This document shows positions 19,358 to 34,974 of a stretch of 64,000 bases of DNA, one piece after another. A program made the position numbers and the translations under genes. The stretch covers positions 1,887 through 65,886 of the forward strand of contig DATKRV010000021.1 of NCBI GenBank assembly GCA_035532075.1. Direction: 5' to 3'. Below the pieces are notes generated by a model, which saw only the letters and a program-made list of their open reading frames with translations, had not been told where the DNA came from and did no database searches. Position 1 is the stretch's first letter. Every line of letters begins with the position of its first letter. This stretch comes from Acidimicrobiales bacterium (GTDB lineage: Bacteria; Actinomycetota; Acidimicrobiia; Acidimicrobiales; Bog-793).

Positions 19358-20887
19358 GTGAAAATGGTAGAGCTGACGATCAGCGCGGATGACATTGCCG
19401 CAGCGCTTGGACGCCACGCAAGCAGTCTCAATACGGCGGTAGCGGCGGAGCAGGTTGGCCGCGTACTCGAGGTTGGCGACGGTATCGCCTACGTGAGCGG
19501 TCTTCCCCACGCAGCGGTGAATGAACTCCTTGAGTTCGAGAACGGAGCGCTGGGCCTTGCCCTGAACCTCACGGAGGAATCGATCGGTGCTGTCGTGCTC
19601 GGCGAGCTCGCCGGACTCGACGAGGGTCAGGTCGTGCGTTCGACCGGGCGCATTCTCTCGGTGCCTGTCGGCGACGGTCTGTTGGGTCGCGTCGTCAATC
19701 CTCTTGGGATTCCCGTCGATGGCAAAGGACCACTCATCGACGTCACTGACCGTCGCGTAGAGGTCCAGGCCCCGAGCATCGTAGGGCGCCAGCCCGTCAG
19801 CCAACCCCTTCAGACCGGCATCAAGGTGGTTGACGCGATGACGCCGATCGGTCGGGGACAGAGAGAGTTGATCATCGGCGACCGAAAGACAGGAAAGACG
19901 ACGATCGCGATTGACGCGATCATCAATCAGCGCAACAACGGAGTGAAGTGCATCTACGTGGCAATCGGTCAGAAGGGATCGACGATCGCACAGATTGTCT
20001 CCACCCTCGAGGCCTATGGCGCGATGGACTACACCGTCGTCGTTGCCGCCCCGGCTTCGGAGCCTGCGCCGTTCAAATATCTCGCCCCTTACTCGGGATG
20101 CGCGATGGGTCAGCACTGGATGGAGAGCGGCGGCCATGCGCTTGTTGTCTATGACGATCTCTCCAAGCAGGCAGAGGCCTATCGCCAGCTCTCCCTGTTG
20201 CTCCGCCGCCCTCCCGGCCGCGAGGCATATCCGGGAGACGTCTTCTACCTCCACAGTCGCCTCCTCGAGCGCGCCGCGAAGCTCTCTGACGATCTGGGCG
20301 GCGGTTCGCTCACCGCGTTGCCAATTGTCGAGACCAAGGCCGGAGACATCTCGGCCTATATCCCGACGAACGTCATCTCGATCACCGACGGACAGATCTT
20401 CCTCGAAACCGACCTTTTCAACGCGGGCGTCCGTCCGGCAATGAATGTCGGAAACTCGGTATCTCGAGTCGGTGGAGCGGCGCAGACCAAGGCGATGCGT
20501 GCGGTCGTAGGTTCGCTCAAGATCGACCTCGCGCAATTTCGCGACCTCGAGGCGTTTGCGACGTTCGGCTCCGAGCTCGACCGTGCCTCCCAGGCACAGC
20601 TCGACCGCGGTTATCGCCTGACCGAACTTTTGAAACAGGGCCTCAATGCGCCACTTCCGGTTGAGGAACAGGTGATCGTGATCTATGCCGGAGTGCGCGG
20701 ACACATCGACGACATCGCGGTCGAAGATGTCCAGAGGTTTGAGGCCGCGCTCCGTGCGCATGTGCGTGCCGCGCACCCGGACCTTCTCGAGCACATCAGG
20801 ACGACTGGAACGCTCCCTGAAGAGGAAAAGATCAATGCGGCGATTGCGGAGATGAAGTCGAGCTTCTCGAGCGGTGGGACGGTCTGA
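19358..20887 (+). CDS. atpA: ATP synthase F1 subunit alpha
   Basis: 509 aa with Walker A (GDRKTGKT) and [21 protein letters not shown]. Confidence 0.98.
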   Translation: MKMVELTISADDIAAALGRHASSLNTAVAAEQVGRVLEVGDGIAYVSGLPHAAVNELLEFENGALGLALNLTEESIGAVVLGELAGLDEGQVVRSTGRILSVPVGDGLLGRVVNPLGIPVDGKGPLIDVTDRRVEVQAPSIVGRQPVSQPLQTGIKVVDAMTPIGRGQRELIIGDRKTGKTTIAIDAIINQRNNGVKCIYVAIGQKGSTIAQIVSTLEAYGAMDYTVVVAAPASEPAPFKYLAPYSGCAMGQHWMESGGHALVVYDDLSKQAEAYRQLSLLLRRPPGREAYPGDVFYLHSRLLERAAKLSDDLGGGSLTALPIVETKAGDISAYIPTNVISITDGQIFLETDLFNAGVRPAMNVGNSVSRVGGAAQTKAMRAVVGSLKIDLAQFRDLEAFATFGSELDRASQAQLDRGYRLTELLKQGLNAPLPVEEQVIVIYAGVRGHIDDIAVEDVQRFEAALRAHVRAAHPDLLEHIRTTGTLPEEEKINAAIAEMKSSFSSGGTV

Positions 20888-20890
20888 TCG

Positions 20891-23265
<2,375 letters not shown>

Positions 23266-23282
23266 GTCCAGGGACGAATCAG

Positions 23283-23801
23283 ATGGCGACACCATTTCAT
23301 CTTGAGGTTGTCACCCCGGAACGGGTGCTGTTCTCGGGAGATGTTGATGAGGTCTCGATGCGCACTGACGGTGGTGAGATCGCGTTTCTTGCGCGTCACG
23401 AGGACTACGTCGGCGCGGTCGACATCACGGTCGCCAAACTCTCGGTCCTCAGGGACTCGGGAGGTGCCGGCGATGGTGAGCCGGTAACGATGCGCATTGC
23501 CGTGCATGGCGGTTTCGTTCATTTTGACGGCGAGGGGATGACCATTCTCGCGACCGTCGCCGAACTTGGAACCGAGGTCGATGTCGAGCGCGCCCGGCAC
23601 GCTCTGACGTTGGCGGAGGAACGTTTCGCGCTCGAGGGACCTGCGGTCAAACCGGGGGCGCCGACAGAGGGGGGCGCCGAGGAGTCTCCGACACGACTCA
23701 CCGGTGCGATGATTGCGTTGCTCGCCCCCGAATCGGCCGAGGCTGCCGTTGCACGGGCGCGGGTGCGACTCGAGGCTGGCGGGGCAGCGACCAACAGCTG
23801 A
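23283..23801 (+). CDS. atpC: ATP synthase F1 subunit epsilon (extended C-terminus)
   Basis: 172 aa. The N-terminal beta-sandwich (FHLEVVTPERVLFSG) is followed by helices and a ~40-aa Ala/Glu-rich tail. Confidence 0.9.
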   Translation: MATPFHLEVVTPERVLFSGDVDEVSMRTDGGEIAFLARHEDYVGAVDITVAKLSVLRDSGGAGDGEPVTMRIAVHGGFVHFDGEGMTILATVAELGTEVDVERARHALTLAEERFALEGPAVKPGAPTEGGAEESPTRLTGAMIALLAPESAEAAVARARVRLEAGGAATNS

Positions 23802-23802
23802 G

Positions 23803-24765
23803 ATGAGCGGTCGGGCACGTCTACTCGTTGCCTACCTCCTGCGCGCTCGGGAAGAGATTGAAGTCGACGTCCTTCGTCGGGTATTGCGATCGAGCGAGAT
23901 CGGGCGCATTGCTCCGCATATCACGCTTGTTCCACCAGTCAATATCGCCCAAGCACGTGTCAGCGAGCTGAGCCGTCAGCTGGAAGAGGCGGTGACGACG
24001 GTTGCTCCAGTTTCTCTCTGGCTGCGTGGCGCCGAGACGTTCCAACCTCAACAACACGTGCTGTACCTCCCCGTCTATGGGGAGTTAGGTGAACTCGGAC
24101 TGCTACGGGATCGATGTCGCGTCGGGGAATTCGCAGTGACGGAAAGGCGACCTTTCGTTCCCCATGTCACGGTAAAAAGCCATGCCGATGGCGATATTGT
24201 CGCGTCGGCGCGCGTGCTACTCGGTGCATTTGAGTGTCCGATTGTTGTCGACCGAGTAACCATTCTTGAGCGTGACATCATGACTGACCGTGGGGTGTGG
24301 GAAATTCGCGACGAGTTCGTACTCGCAAGCGCGCGCACCTCAGGGCGAGGAGGTCGGGAGGTAGTGTGTTCGCGCGCGACGTTTGCAAACAGTGACGATC
24401 AGCACCTCCTGGTCGCCAATGGCTTGGATCCACTACCCTCGACACGAGACGACGCTTCGGCGCGAGCGGAATATGTCATCGTCAGAGCACGAATCTCTGG
24501 AGCACTCATCGCTCTCTGTGTGATTGAGGTGCGTAACAATCACGGCCAGATCCGTGCATTTGTCGTCGATGGACGACATCGCAATGAGGGGATCGGACAC
24601 CAGGTCTTGAAATATATTGAACAATCTGCTCAGGAACTCGATTTGAAAAAGATCACTGTCAACGCGGATCGCATTGCATCTGGATTCTTCCGACATTTTG
24701 GATTTGAGGATACGGGCGCTCCGTCGCGAGCGAACGATGAGCTGGCACTCTCTCGCCTTTTCTGA
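23803..24765 (+). CDS. 2H phosphoesterase (LigT-like) fused to GNAT acetyltransferase domain
   Basis: ATG 23803 overlaps the atpC stop region. There are two H-x-T/S-x motifs (APHITLVPP and VPHVTVKS) in the first ~190 aa. The C-terminal ~130 aa carry GNAT motif A (IRAFVVDGRHRNEGIGHQVLKYIE). Confidence 0.7.
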   Translation: MSGRARLLVAYLLRAREEIEVDVLRRVLRSSEIGRIAPHITLVPPVNIAQARVSELSRQLEEAVTTVAPVSLWLRGAETFQPQQHVLYLPVYGELGELGLLRDRCRVGEFAVTERRPFVPHVTVKSHADGDIVASARVLLGAFECPIVVDRVTILERDIMTDRGVWEIRDEFVLASARTSGRGGREVVCSRATFANSDDQHLLVANGLDPLPSTRDDASARAEYVIVRARISGALIALCVIEVRNNHGQIRAFVVDGRHRNEGIGHQVLKYIEQSAQELDLKKITVNADRIASGFFRHFGFEDTGAPSRANDELALSRLF

Positions 24766-24952
24766 TGTCCCGGAGGCCACATGGCAAGGGCGGCGAGCCA
24801 CTGAATTTTTGCAGCGCCGCTGGTCCGTCGGATGGTCGCTGAGGGAGAATCCTTTGTCGTCCGCACGATCTTCCGACGCTCATCAAACTTGGATCGCATG
24901 TCGAATCAGTCAGCAGCCCCTTGCGCGCGCCGTCCGTTTGGCCGCTTGAGGC

Positions 24953-25924
24953 TCAGCGATGTCTCCCGAATTTGTGGAAAGTGTCGACGAAACGTACGGT
25001 ACCGGTCGCCGATCGCACCACGAGTGACTGGGTTCTCGCCCCGTGCTCAGTGTAGCGCACGCCCCGGAGCAGATCTCCATCGGTGATGCCGGTCGCGGCA
25101 AAGAAGCTGTGCTCGCCCCCACAGAGGTCTTCGGTGATGAGGACCTGTTCAAGGTTGTAGCCGAGCGCGACTGCCCGCGCTCGTTCTTGCTCGTCGCGTG
25201 GATAGAGCCGCCCTTGGATCTCGCCTCCCATGCCGGCCAGCGCCGCCGCAGCGATCACTCCCTCGGGAGTCCCCCCGATGCCGAACAGGACGTCGGCGTC
25301 AGAATCTGGCCAGGCAGTTGCGATTGCCCCGGCAACGTCACCATCGGAGATCAACCGGATGCGCGCACCAGCGCCTCTCACCTCGTCGATGAGGCCCTGA
25401 TGTCGGTCTCGATCAAGAATCACTGCAGTGAGCTCTTTGACCGCGAGGTTCTTCCGCTTCGCGATCTCGATGAGGTTCTCTCTCGGCGTCATCTCGATCG
25501 AGACTGCTCCGCGTGCCTCGGGTCCGACGGCGAGTTTTTCCATATAGACGCAGGGTCCGGGATTGAACATAGATCCGCTCTCGGCGACGGCAATCACCGC
25601 GAGGGCTCCACCGCGTCCGAGCGCGGTGAGTGTTGTCCCGTCGATGGGATCGACCGCGATATCGACATGTGGAGGACTTCCGTCTCCAACGCGCTCGCCA
25701 TTGAACAGCATCGGCGCCTTGTCCTTCTCGCCTTCACCGATGATCACGAGTCCGTCCATCCGGACCGTCGCAAGCATCTTTCGCATAGCGTCGACTGCTG
25801 CGCCATCAGCCGCAATCTTGTCGCCCCGACCCATCCACGCGCTCGCCGCGACTGCGGCGGCCTCGGTGACGCGAACCATCTCGAGGGCGACGTTGCGATC
25901 GGGAGCCACCCGTTCTTCTGTCAT
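24953..25924 (-). CDS. glpX: Fructose-1,6-bisphosphatase class II
   Basis: GlpX hallmarks are RVTEAAAVAASAWMGRGDK, DIAVDPIDGT and GIGGTPEGV. Start taken at the internal ATG (MTEERV...) of ORF 24953..25972. Confidence 0.93.
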   Translation of the reverse strand: MTEERVAPDRNVALEMVRVTEAAAVAASAWMGRGDKIAADGAAVDAMRKMLATVRMDGLVIIGEGEKDKAPMLFNGERVGDGSPPHVDIAVDPIDGTTLTALGRGGALAVIAVAESGSMFNPGPCVYMEKLAVGPEARGAVSIEMTPRENLIEIAKRKNLAVKELTAVILDRDRHQGLIDEVRGAGARIRLISDGDVAGAIATAWPDSDADVLFGIGGTPEGVIAAAALAGMGGEIQGRLYPRDEQERARAVALGYNLEQVLITEDLCGGEHSFFAATGITDGDLLRGVRYTEHGARTQSLVVRSATGTVRFVDTFHKFGRHR

Positions 25925-26058
25925 GTCCTGACTGTAGTTGGCAACGCGGCAACGCTCTATCGGCGGATGCACAACTGCCTGTTCAGACGGCCATCCGGGG
26001 GCGGCTCGGACCGATCAGCTGGGAGCAGGAGATCGAACAGAGAAGCTATGGTCAGGAG

Positions 26059-27333
26059 ATGGATCGTTTTGTCGTCTGTCCTTCCGCCCCGCTGGCTGGG
26101 ACGGTGGAGATCCAGGGCGCCAAGAACTCCGCTCTTAAGTTGATGGCTGCTTCGTTGCTGACGACGGGGGCGACCCGACTCCTCTCGGTCCCCGACATCA
26201 CCGATGTCCAGTTCATGTGCGAGATGTTAAACGCGATCGGCGCGCAGGTCAGTCGTACAGATGTGGGAGAGCTGATCATCACGACGCCCGAGGAACTCAC
26301 ACCGATCGCACCTTATGAACTTGTCGAGAAGATGCGCGCCTCGTTTGTGGTGCTTGGCCCATTGCTTGCGCGACATGGGTTTGCGCGTGTCTCGCTTCCT
26401 GGAGGAGACGATTTCGGTCACCGTCCGATCGATATACACCTTCGGGCGCTCTCCGAACTCGGCGCGACCTTTACGACCGAGCATGGATATGTCGAGGGTC
26501 ACTGTGACCGACTTATCGGCAAGGAGATCGCTCTTGAATTTCCCAGCCATACGGCGACCGACAACGTGATGATGGCGGCGGTCACCGCGCGTGGTGCAAC
26601 GGTGATCGAGAACGCCGCGCGAGAGCCAGAGGTACAGGACCTCGCTGGGATGTTGACCGGAATGGGGGCAAAGATCTCAGGAGCGGGCACCTCGCGGATC
26701 GAGATCGAAGGCGTCGATGAACTGCATCCTGTGACGCATCAGACGATCCCCGATCGAATCGAGGCTGCCACTTTTCTCGCGGCAGTTGGCCTCGCGGGAG
26801 GAAGGGTCACGCTCAATGGTGCGCGCGCGGAGCACATGGACATGCTCTTGGAGAAACTCGTCGCGATGGGAATGGAGATCGGTCGTTTCGATGGGGGCAT
26901 CGTCGCCGAATCGCAGGGACGTCTACGGTCGGTTGACGTGGCAACTCTGCCCTATCCCGGAGTGGCGACGGACTACAAGCCCATTCTGGTGACGATGCTG
27001 AGTGTTGGCTCTGGAGTTGCCATCGCGAGCGAAAACGTCTTCTCTGGCCGCTTCGGTTACGTCGATGAACTCCGAAGGATGGGAGCCGACATCACGATCG
27101 AAGGTCATCATGCAATTGTGCGCGGTATCGAGCGCCTCTCAGGAGCACCGGTGCGTGCTCGCGACATCCGCGCCGGAGCCGCGCTCGTGCTGGCGGGCCT
27201 TGTTGCCGAGGGATACACCGAGATCGTCGGCGTTGAACACATCGATCGCGGCTACGAGCAATTTGTTGCAAAGCTTCGAGCGATCGGCGTCGACATCACG
27301 CGTGTCCAAGACGGTTCCCGCGAATCCTCGTAG
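26059..27333 (+). CDS. murA: UDP-N-acetylglucosamine 1-carboxyvinyltransferase
   Basis: 424 aa with GAKNSALKLMAA, the LPGGDDFGHRPID loop (Asp at the position of the fosfomycin-target Cys, as I recall for mycobacteria) and the EPSP-synthase fold repeat pattern. Confidence 0.96.
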   Translation: MDRFVVCPSAPLAGTVEIQGAKNSALKLMAASLLTTGATRLLSVPDITDVQFMCEMLNAIGAQVSRTDVGELIITTPEELTPIAPYELVEKMRASFVVLGPLLARHGFARVSLPGGDDFGHRPIDIHLRALSELGATFTTEHGYVEGHCDRLIGKEIALEFPSHTATDNVMMAAVTARGATVIENAAREPEVQDLAGMLTGMGAKISGAGTSRIEIEGVDELHPVTHQTIPDRIEAATFLAAVGLAGGRVTLNGARAEHMDMLLEKLVAMGMEIGRFDGGIVAESQGRLRSVDVATLPYPGVATDYKPILVTMLSVGSGVAIASENVFSGRFGYVDELRRMGADITIEGHHAIVRGIERLSGAPVRARDIRAGAALVLAGLVAEGYTEIVGVEHIDRGYEQFVAKLRAIGVDITRVQDGSRESS

Positions 27334-27338
27334 GTTGA

Positions 27339-27839
27339 TTGGTTTTAGAAGGGTCGTCGGTGCTGAGCAATCCGTGGTATGCGTTGGTGGTCATTGTCCA
27401 CGTGCTTGTCGCGGTGATCGGCTTCGGTGCGCTTGGGATGACAGGCACCTACGCTCGTCTTGTGCGCGTCGCATCTGACCCGTATCATTCGGCCGCGCTA
27501 CAGCGGTTTTTCCGTCCGGGGAAGAATCTCGGTGCCCGCGCGATCTATCTCGTTCCGGTCTTCGGTGGAGTCGCTCTCGGGTTTTCCCATGACCTCCACC
27601 GGATCTTTCCCTATCTCGGACTTGGTCTGTGGATCGCGGCAACTGGGGTCGCCTCCGCGGTGTTGTGGCCTGCAGAGGCGAAGATCCAGGCGATCGTGGG
27701 CAGCGCGTCCGCTGACACCGATGCCCCGAGGGATCGAGAGGCACTCATTCGCACGGCGAGGACTTGCGAGCGGGCGGCAATGGTAACCAACCTGTGTTTT
27801 GTTGCCGCACTCGTTGTGATGATCGCCCAGCCAAACTAG
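27339..27839 (+). CDS. Integral membrane protein, unknown function
   Basis: 166 aa with four predicted TM helices, lying 6 nt after murA. No motif recognised. Confidence 0.5.
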   Translation: MVLEGSSVLSNPWYALVVIVHVLVAVIGFGALGMTGTYARLVRVASDPYHSAALQRFFRPGKNLGARAIYLVPVFGGVALGFSHDLHRIFPYLGLGLWIAATGVASAVLWPAEAKIQAIVGSASADTDAPRDREALIRTARTCERAAMVTNLCFVAALVVMIAQPN

Positions 27840-27946
27840 TTGCGCCAAACCAGACCAACTGAACTCGCTGAGCCGTTCGCGCGGAGACATCAATTCTTTT
27901 GCCGCTGCGTGAGAAAATCGAGCAATTCATCTTGTAGCTTGGAGCG

Positions 27947-29173
27947 ATGCCCAGATCTCGGCGCCCCTCCGGGCCTCCCCCGAGTCTCCGCGCCAAGTCT
28001 TCGCCGAGACGTCCAGCGCCAGCGCGGCCTACACATTCGCGCCAATCTGGTAAGGCGCAGCGGGCGATGCAGCGGCGTCGTCGACGGATCGCGCTGCTTG
28101 TTCTGATCCTGGTCTTCGCCATGGCAGGCGTCCTGTTCTCGAAAGTACTCACCTCCTCGCGTACAGCACCGAAGTCCGCAGTTGCGGTGCCGGTGCACTA
28201 TTGGGTCGGGATTGCCCGCTGCACCTTTTTCGATTCCGCAAGGTCGACTCTGAACTATCTCAACAACACGACGAAAAAGGGGCGCCTGCTCATCACGGAG
28301 GTCCGCTACCCCACGCTCTCGCCGACAAAGGGCCTGTCTGAGACACCCGATGCCCATCCCGCGCTCCGCCATGGACCTTTCCCGATGGTGGTCTTTGGAC
28401 ACGGGTATGCGCTGACGCCCGATACCTACGCGAAGCTCCTCGACCATTGGGTGGAGGCCGGATTTGTTGTTGTTGCGCCTTTGTTCCCCGATACGAGTGA
28501 AGGTTCTGTTGCGAACATCAGCGTCGCGAATAGCTTCCTTCCCGAGGCAGATGACATCAATCAGCCGGGTGATATGGCCTTTGTCACCAAGGAGATGCTC
28601 AATTCCAGCGGGGCGACCTCTCTGCTCTGTCCGATTGCGCATGGATTGATCAGTCGTACCAAGATTGCGCTCGCTGGGCAGTCAGACGGAGCGACCACAG
28701 CCGTCGCGCTTGGTTATGACCCGAAGTACCGAGTGGCCTCGTTGCAATACCGGGCGGTCATCGATCTCTCGGGAGAGCTGTTTGGCGCAGGAACGCTGAC
28801 CCCGGATGTGCTTTCGGTGACGCGACGCTCACCGGCTCTGTTTGTCTCTCAGAGCGCCACCGATACCTGCAATCCGCCGCAATTCTCGCTCGCGATCTAC
28901 AACGGCGTGCACATGAATCGCAAGTGGTTCCTGAAGATCGCGGCGGCACATCATCTGCCGCCATATATCGGAACCGCGGTGCGCGCGTTCAATGCGGTGG
29001 CGACGACGACCACGATGTTCCTAAGGGACGAGTTCGATGGAGTTGCACCCGGACGGGCGCTTTTGAAGCTCGGAAACGCGCACCCGAGCGTTGCCTCGCT
29101 CTCGACCGGCCATAATCCTCCCGCGATCGCCCCGCTCACACAGGGTCCAGGAAGCTGTTATCTGACAAGCTAG
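27947..29173 (+). CDS. Membrane-anchored/secreted alpha/beta hydrolase (lipase / PAF-acetylhydrolase-like)
   Basis: Basic Pro-rich N-terminus, then a TM/signal segment (IALLVLILVFAMAGVLF). It carries VVFGHGYALTPDTYAKLLDHWVEAGFVVVAP and the nucleophile elbow GQSDG. The start could be the internal Met at 28067. Confidence 0.55.
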   Translation: MPRSRRPSGPPPSLRAKSSPRRPAPARPTHSRQSGKAQRAMQRRRRRIALLVLILVFAMAGVLFSKVLTSSRTAPKSAVAVPVHYWVGIARCTFFDSARSTLNYLNNTTKKGRLLITEVRYPTLSPTKGLSETPDAHPALRHGPFPMVVFGHGYALTPDTYAKLLDHWVEAGFVVVAPLFPDTSEGSVANISVANSFLPEADDINQPGDMAFVTKEMLNSSGATSLLCPIAHGLISRTKIALAGQSDGATTAVALGYDPKYRVASLQYRAVIDLSGELFGAGTLTPDVLSVTRRSPALFVSQSATDTCNPPQFSLAIYNGVHMNRKWFLKIAAAHHLPPYIGTAVRAFNAVATTTTMFLRDEFDGVAPGRALLKLGNAHPSVASLSTGHNPPAIAPLTQGPGSCYLTS

Positions 29174-29177
29174 AACC

Positions 29178-30335
29178 ATGAAGAGCACCTCCGAGCGGTC
29201 GTCTGCCTACCTGGACTACGGAGCGACAACGCCGGTCATGCCCGAGGTCGTCGATGAGATGCTCGTCTATCTCCGCGAGGGTTTTGCGAATCCCTCCGGG
29301 ATCTATCGGCAGGCGCGCGACGCGCGTCGGGCGGTCGATGACGCGCGAGATGTCCTCGCTGGAGAATTCGGCTGCGCGAGCGGAGAGATTGTCTTTACCG
29401 GCGGAGGAACCGAGGCCGACAACCTCGCAGTCCTTGGTATTGACCTTCACGAACACGCGCGGGTCGTGGTCAGTGCGATCGAACACCACGGGGTGCTTAG
29501 GCCCGCGGAATCAATCGGCGCGACAATCGCGCCGGTGGGGCGCGACGGAATCATCGATCTGGATGTACTTGCTGAGTTGCTTGATGAGACGACGGAACTG
29601 GTCTCGGTCATGGCGGTCAACAACGAGATCGGCACAATTCAGCCGATTGGTGATGTTGTGTCGTTGGTGAGATCCCGAGCCCCAAGAGCATTGGTTCACT
29701 GCGATGCGGTACAGGCACTTGCGTTCTGTGATGTGAAGAGCCTGACGTATGGCTGTGATCTGGTGAGCTATTCCGCGCACAAGATCGGAGGACCAAAGGG
29801 CGTTGGCGCGCTCGTCGTGAATGAGCGCGCCAGAGCGCGCCTCCACCCGATTCTTCGCGGAGGATCACAGGAGCGTGATCTGCGTGCCGGAACCGAGAAT
29901 GTCGCGGGAATCGCTGGGTTCGCTGTGGCGGCGAGGCTGACGAGTGAACGCCGGGGCGAGACGGTTCAACGCGTCCGGTCACTGCGCGACCGCTTCGCCG
30001 ATGCGCTCATCAGCAAGATTCCAGGTGTCCACGAGAGCGTTGCGCGCACGTTACGCCACGTCGGTAATGCCCATCTCATCTTTCCCGGAATCACCAACGA
30101 GGAGCTCCTCCTCCTCCTCGATCGCTATGGCGTTGCTGCCTCGGCTGGCTCATCGTGTGCGAGTGGAGCGATAGAGCCGAGCCATGTCCTGCTCGCGATG
30201 GGGATGATGGTGGACGAGGCACGGTCGTGTATCCGCTTCACCCTTGGCCAGGACTCCAGCGAGGACGAGATCGAATACGCCATCTCGAGTGTCATTGCAG
30301 CTCATCGCCAGATTGTCGCGAGGGATCAGAGATAA
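29178..30335 (+). CDS. iscS: Cysteine desulfurase (class V aminotransferase, IscS/NifS-like)
   Basis: 385 aa with the PLP-Lys motif (SAHKIGGPKG) and a catalytic Cys loop (SAGSSCASG). It is adjacent to mnmA. Confidence 0.9.
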   Translation: MKSTSERSSAYLDYGATTPVMPEVVDEMLVYLREGFANPSGIYRQARDARRAVDDARDVLAGEFGCASGEIVFTGGGTEADNLAVLGIDLHEHARVVVSAIEHHGVLRPAESIGATIAPVGRDGIIDLDVLAELLDETTELVSVMAVNNEIGTIQPIGDVVSLVRSRAPRALVHCDAVQALAFCDVKSLTYGCDLVSYSAHKIGGPKGVGALVVNERARARLHPILRGGSQERDLRAGTENVAGIAGFAVAARLTSERRGETVQRVRSLRDRFADALISKIPGVHESVARTLRHVGNAHLIFPGITNEELLLLLDRYGVAASAGSSCASGAIEPSHVLLAMGMMVDEARSCIRFTLGQDSSEDEIEYAISSVIAAHRQIVARDQR

Positions 30336-30353
30336 TCCTGCGAGAATAGAGGG

Positions 30354-33503
<3,150 letters not shown>

Positions 33504-33512
33504 TAGTGCTCG

Positions 33513-33941
33513 CTAGTCTTTTGTCGATGTGATCGCGCGCAGCGCGTCGAGCGTCGTCTCTTCCTCTGGTGTCGATGAGGCATTCCTCAAAGCGAGCAGT
33601 TTTGTCATGTTTCCCTCTACGCGGATCTTTCCCGTGAGGAACGCGCGCATTCCAACCTGAGCATCACCATCGAGGAGGATTGAACGCGCGATCTTGTAGT
33701 CGAGCGTGAGTTTGACCTCAGCCTCATCGAGCAGACCGAGCGCAATACGGAAGACCCCGTCCCTGCTATCGACATTTGCGAGGATGTCATCGGCGTGAAA
33801 TGGTGCATTCTTGACGATGAGATTCATCGTGATGGTAGGACGGCCTCCCGCGTTCTCGCGGTCGACGCCGTGCGCGGCCTTTGCATAGATCTCCTCGGAA
33901 GCTGTAATCCACTCGTCATTCAAGAATGGGAACGTTGGCAT
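33513..33941 (-). CDS. SCP2 sterol-carrier-like domain protein
   Basis: 142 aa. The pattern ...LTLDYKIARSILLDGDAQVGMRAFLTGKIRVEGNMTKLLAL is the typical SCP2 C-terminal signature. Confidence 0.7.
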   Translation of the reverse strand: MPTFPFLNDEWITASEEIYAKAAHGVDRENAGGRPTITMNLIVKNAPFHADDILANVDSRDGVFRIALGLLDEAEVKLTLDYKIARSILLDGDAQVGMRAFLTGKIRVEGNMTKLLALRNASSTPEEETTLDALRAITSTKD

Positions 33942-34113
33942 GTCGCATTATCCTTTAAACATCAAGATTCAAAGATCCAGAGCAGACAACACGAAGACTT
34001 GGATTGGAATCCGAACGTCGAGAGCTATCCTGTGATTCTTTTTGAAGAGGTCTGTTGCCGGTTCAGAGGCTAGCGGCATGCGGGGCGCCTCTGCTCGGCG
34101 CGCTGAAAAGAGC

Positions 34114-34165
34114 GAACCCTGAAGATATTGAACCCTGAAGATATTGAACCCTGAAGATATAGAAC
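34114..34165. repeat. Tandem repeat, 16-bp unit GAACCCTGAAGATATT x 3.25
   Basis: Read directly: gaaccctgaagatatt gaaccctgaagatatt gaaccctgaagatata gaac. It lies in the divergent intergenic region between the SCP2 gene and the esterase-gatCAB operon, 54 bp upstream of ATG 34219. Confidence 0.95.
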
Positions 34166-34218
34166 TGCGAGTTTGGATCACTATCGGGCCGTATCTGCCG
34201 GCTCGGTAGCATGGAATC

Positions 34219-34974
34219 ATGGCCATTGATCTCTTGGAGGGTGCAGAGCCATTCTCAGGTGGCGAGGGAGCGAACGCGGTGCTGCTCCTTCATGGGTTCA
34301 CTGGTCAGCCCTACACGATGCGTTCGCTCGCGAATGCCTTTCTCGGGTCGGGCTTTCGTGTCGAGCTTCCCCGCCTCCCGGGCCATGGAACAAGCGTCGA
34401 AGATCTGGAGTCCTGCCGATTCGCGGACTGGACAGAATCGGTCGATGCGATCTACCTCAATCTGGCGCGATCGTGCGCGCGTGTCGTGCTCGTTGGCCTT
34501 TCGATGGGAGGCACTCTGGGCTGCTGGCTGGCCGAGCGATACCGGGAGATCGCGGGACTGATCCTCATTAATCCGCTCATCGAGCCGACTACGAAGGCAA
34601 ATATGGACGCGTTGCACACCGAACTGCGCGAGGGTCGCTCGACGTTCTCGTCTCCTGGCTCGGACATCAAATGTCCGGGTCGCGCTGGACCAAAATATGA
34701 CGCGACCCCGATTCGTCCGCTGCTCTCGTTGCTCGAAGGCGCAATCACGGTGCGGGCAAAACTCGACCAGATCGTCGCTCCGATCCTGCTCTTTTCGAGC
34801 CGCGAGGATCATGTGGTTCCGTGTTCCACGGGTGACACTATTGTCAGACAGGTCCAGGGCGACATCGAGCGTGTCTATCTCGAGAACAGTTACCACGTCG
34901 CTACGCTCGATTACGACGCACCCGAACTCGAGACGCGCTCGGTTGCTTTTTCACGAAAGGTGGTAGGGATCTGA
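34219..34974 (+). CDS. Alpha/beta hydrolase (carboxylesterase / monoacylglycerol-lipase-like)
   Basis: 251 aa with LLLHGFTGQP, the nucleophile elbow GLSMGG and a C-terminal His region (NSYHVATLD). Its stop overlaps the gatC ATG (TGATG). Confidence 0.8.
   Translation: MAIDLLEGAEPFSGGEGANAVLLLHGFTGQPYTMRSLANAFLGSGFRVELPRLPGHGTSVEDLESCRFADWTESVDAIYLNLARSCARVVLVGLSMGGTLGCWLAERYREIAGLILINPLIEPTTKANMDALHTELREGRSTFSSPGSDIKCPGRAGPKYDATPIRPLLSLLEGAITVRAKLDQIVAPILLFSSREDHVVPCSTGDTIVRQVQGDIERVYLENSYHVATLDYDAPELETRSVAFSRKVVGI

Noticed and set aside
25043-26143. 366-aa plus-strand ORF
   Set aside because: It is antisense to glpX (clear class II FBPase motifs on the minus strand) and overlaps the murA start. 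Shadow ORF.
34114-34165. Tandem 16-bp repeats considered as a CRISPR array
   Set aside because: The units are directly abutting with no spacers, there are only 3.25 copies, the unit is too short, and no cas genes are present.
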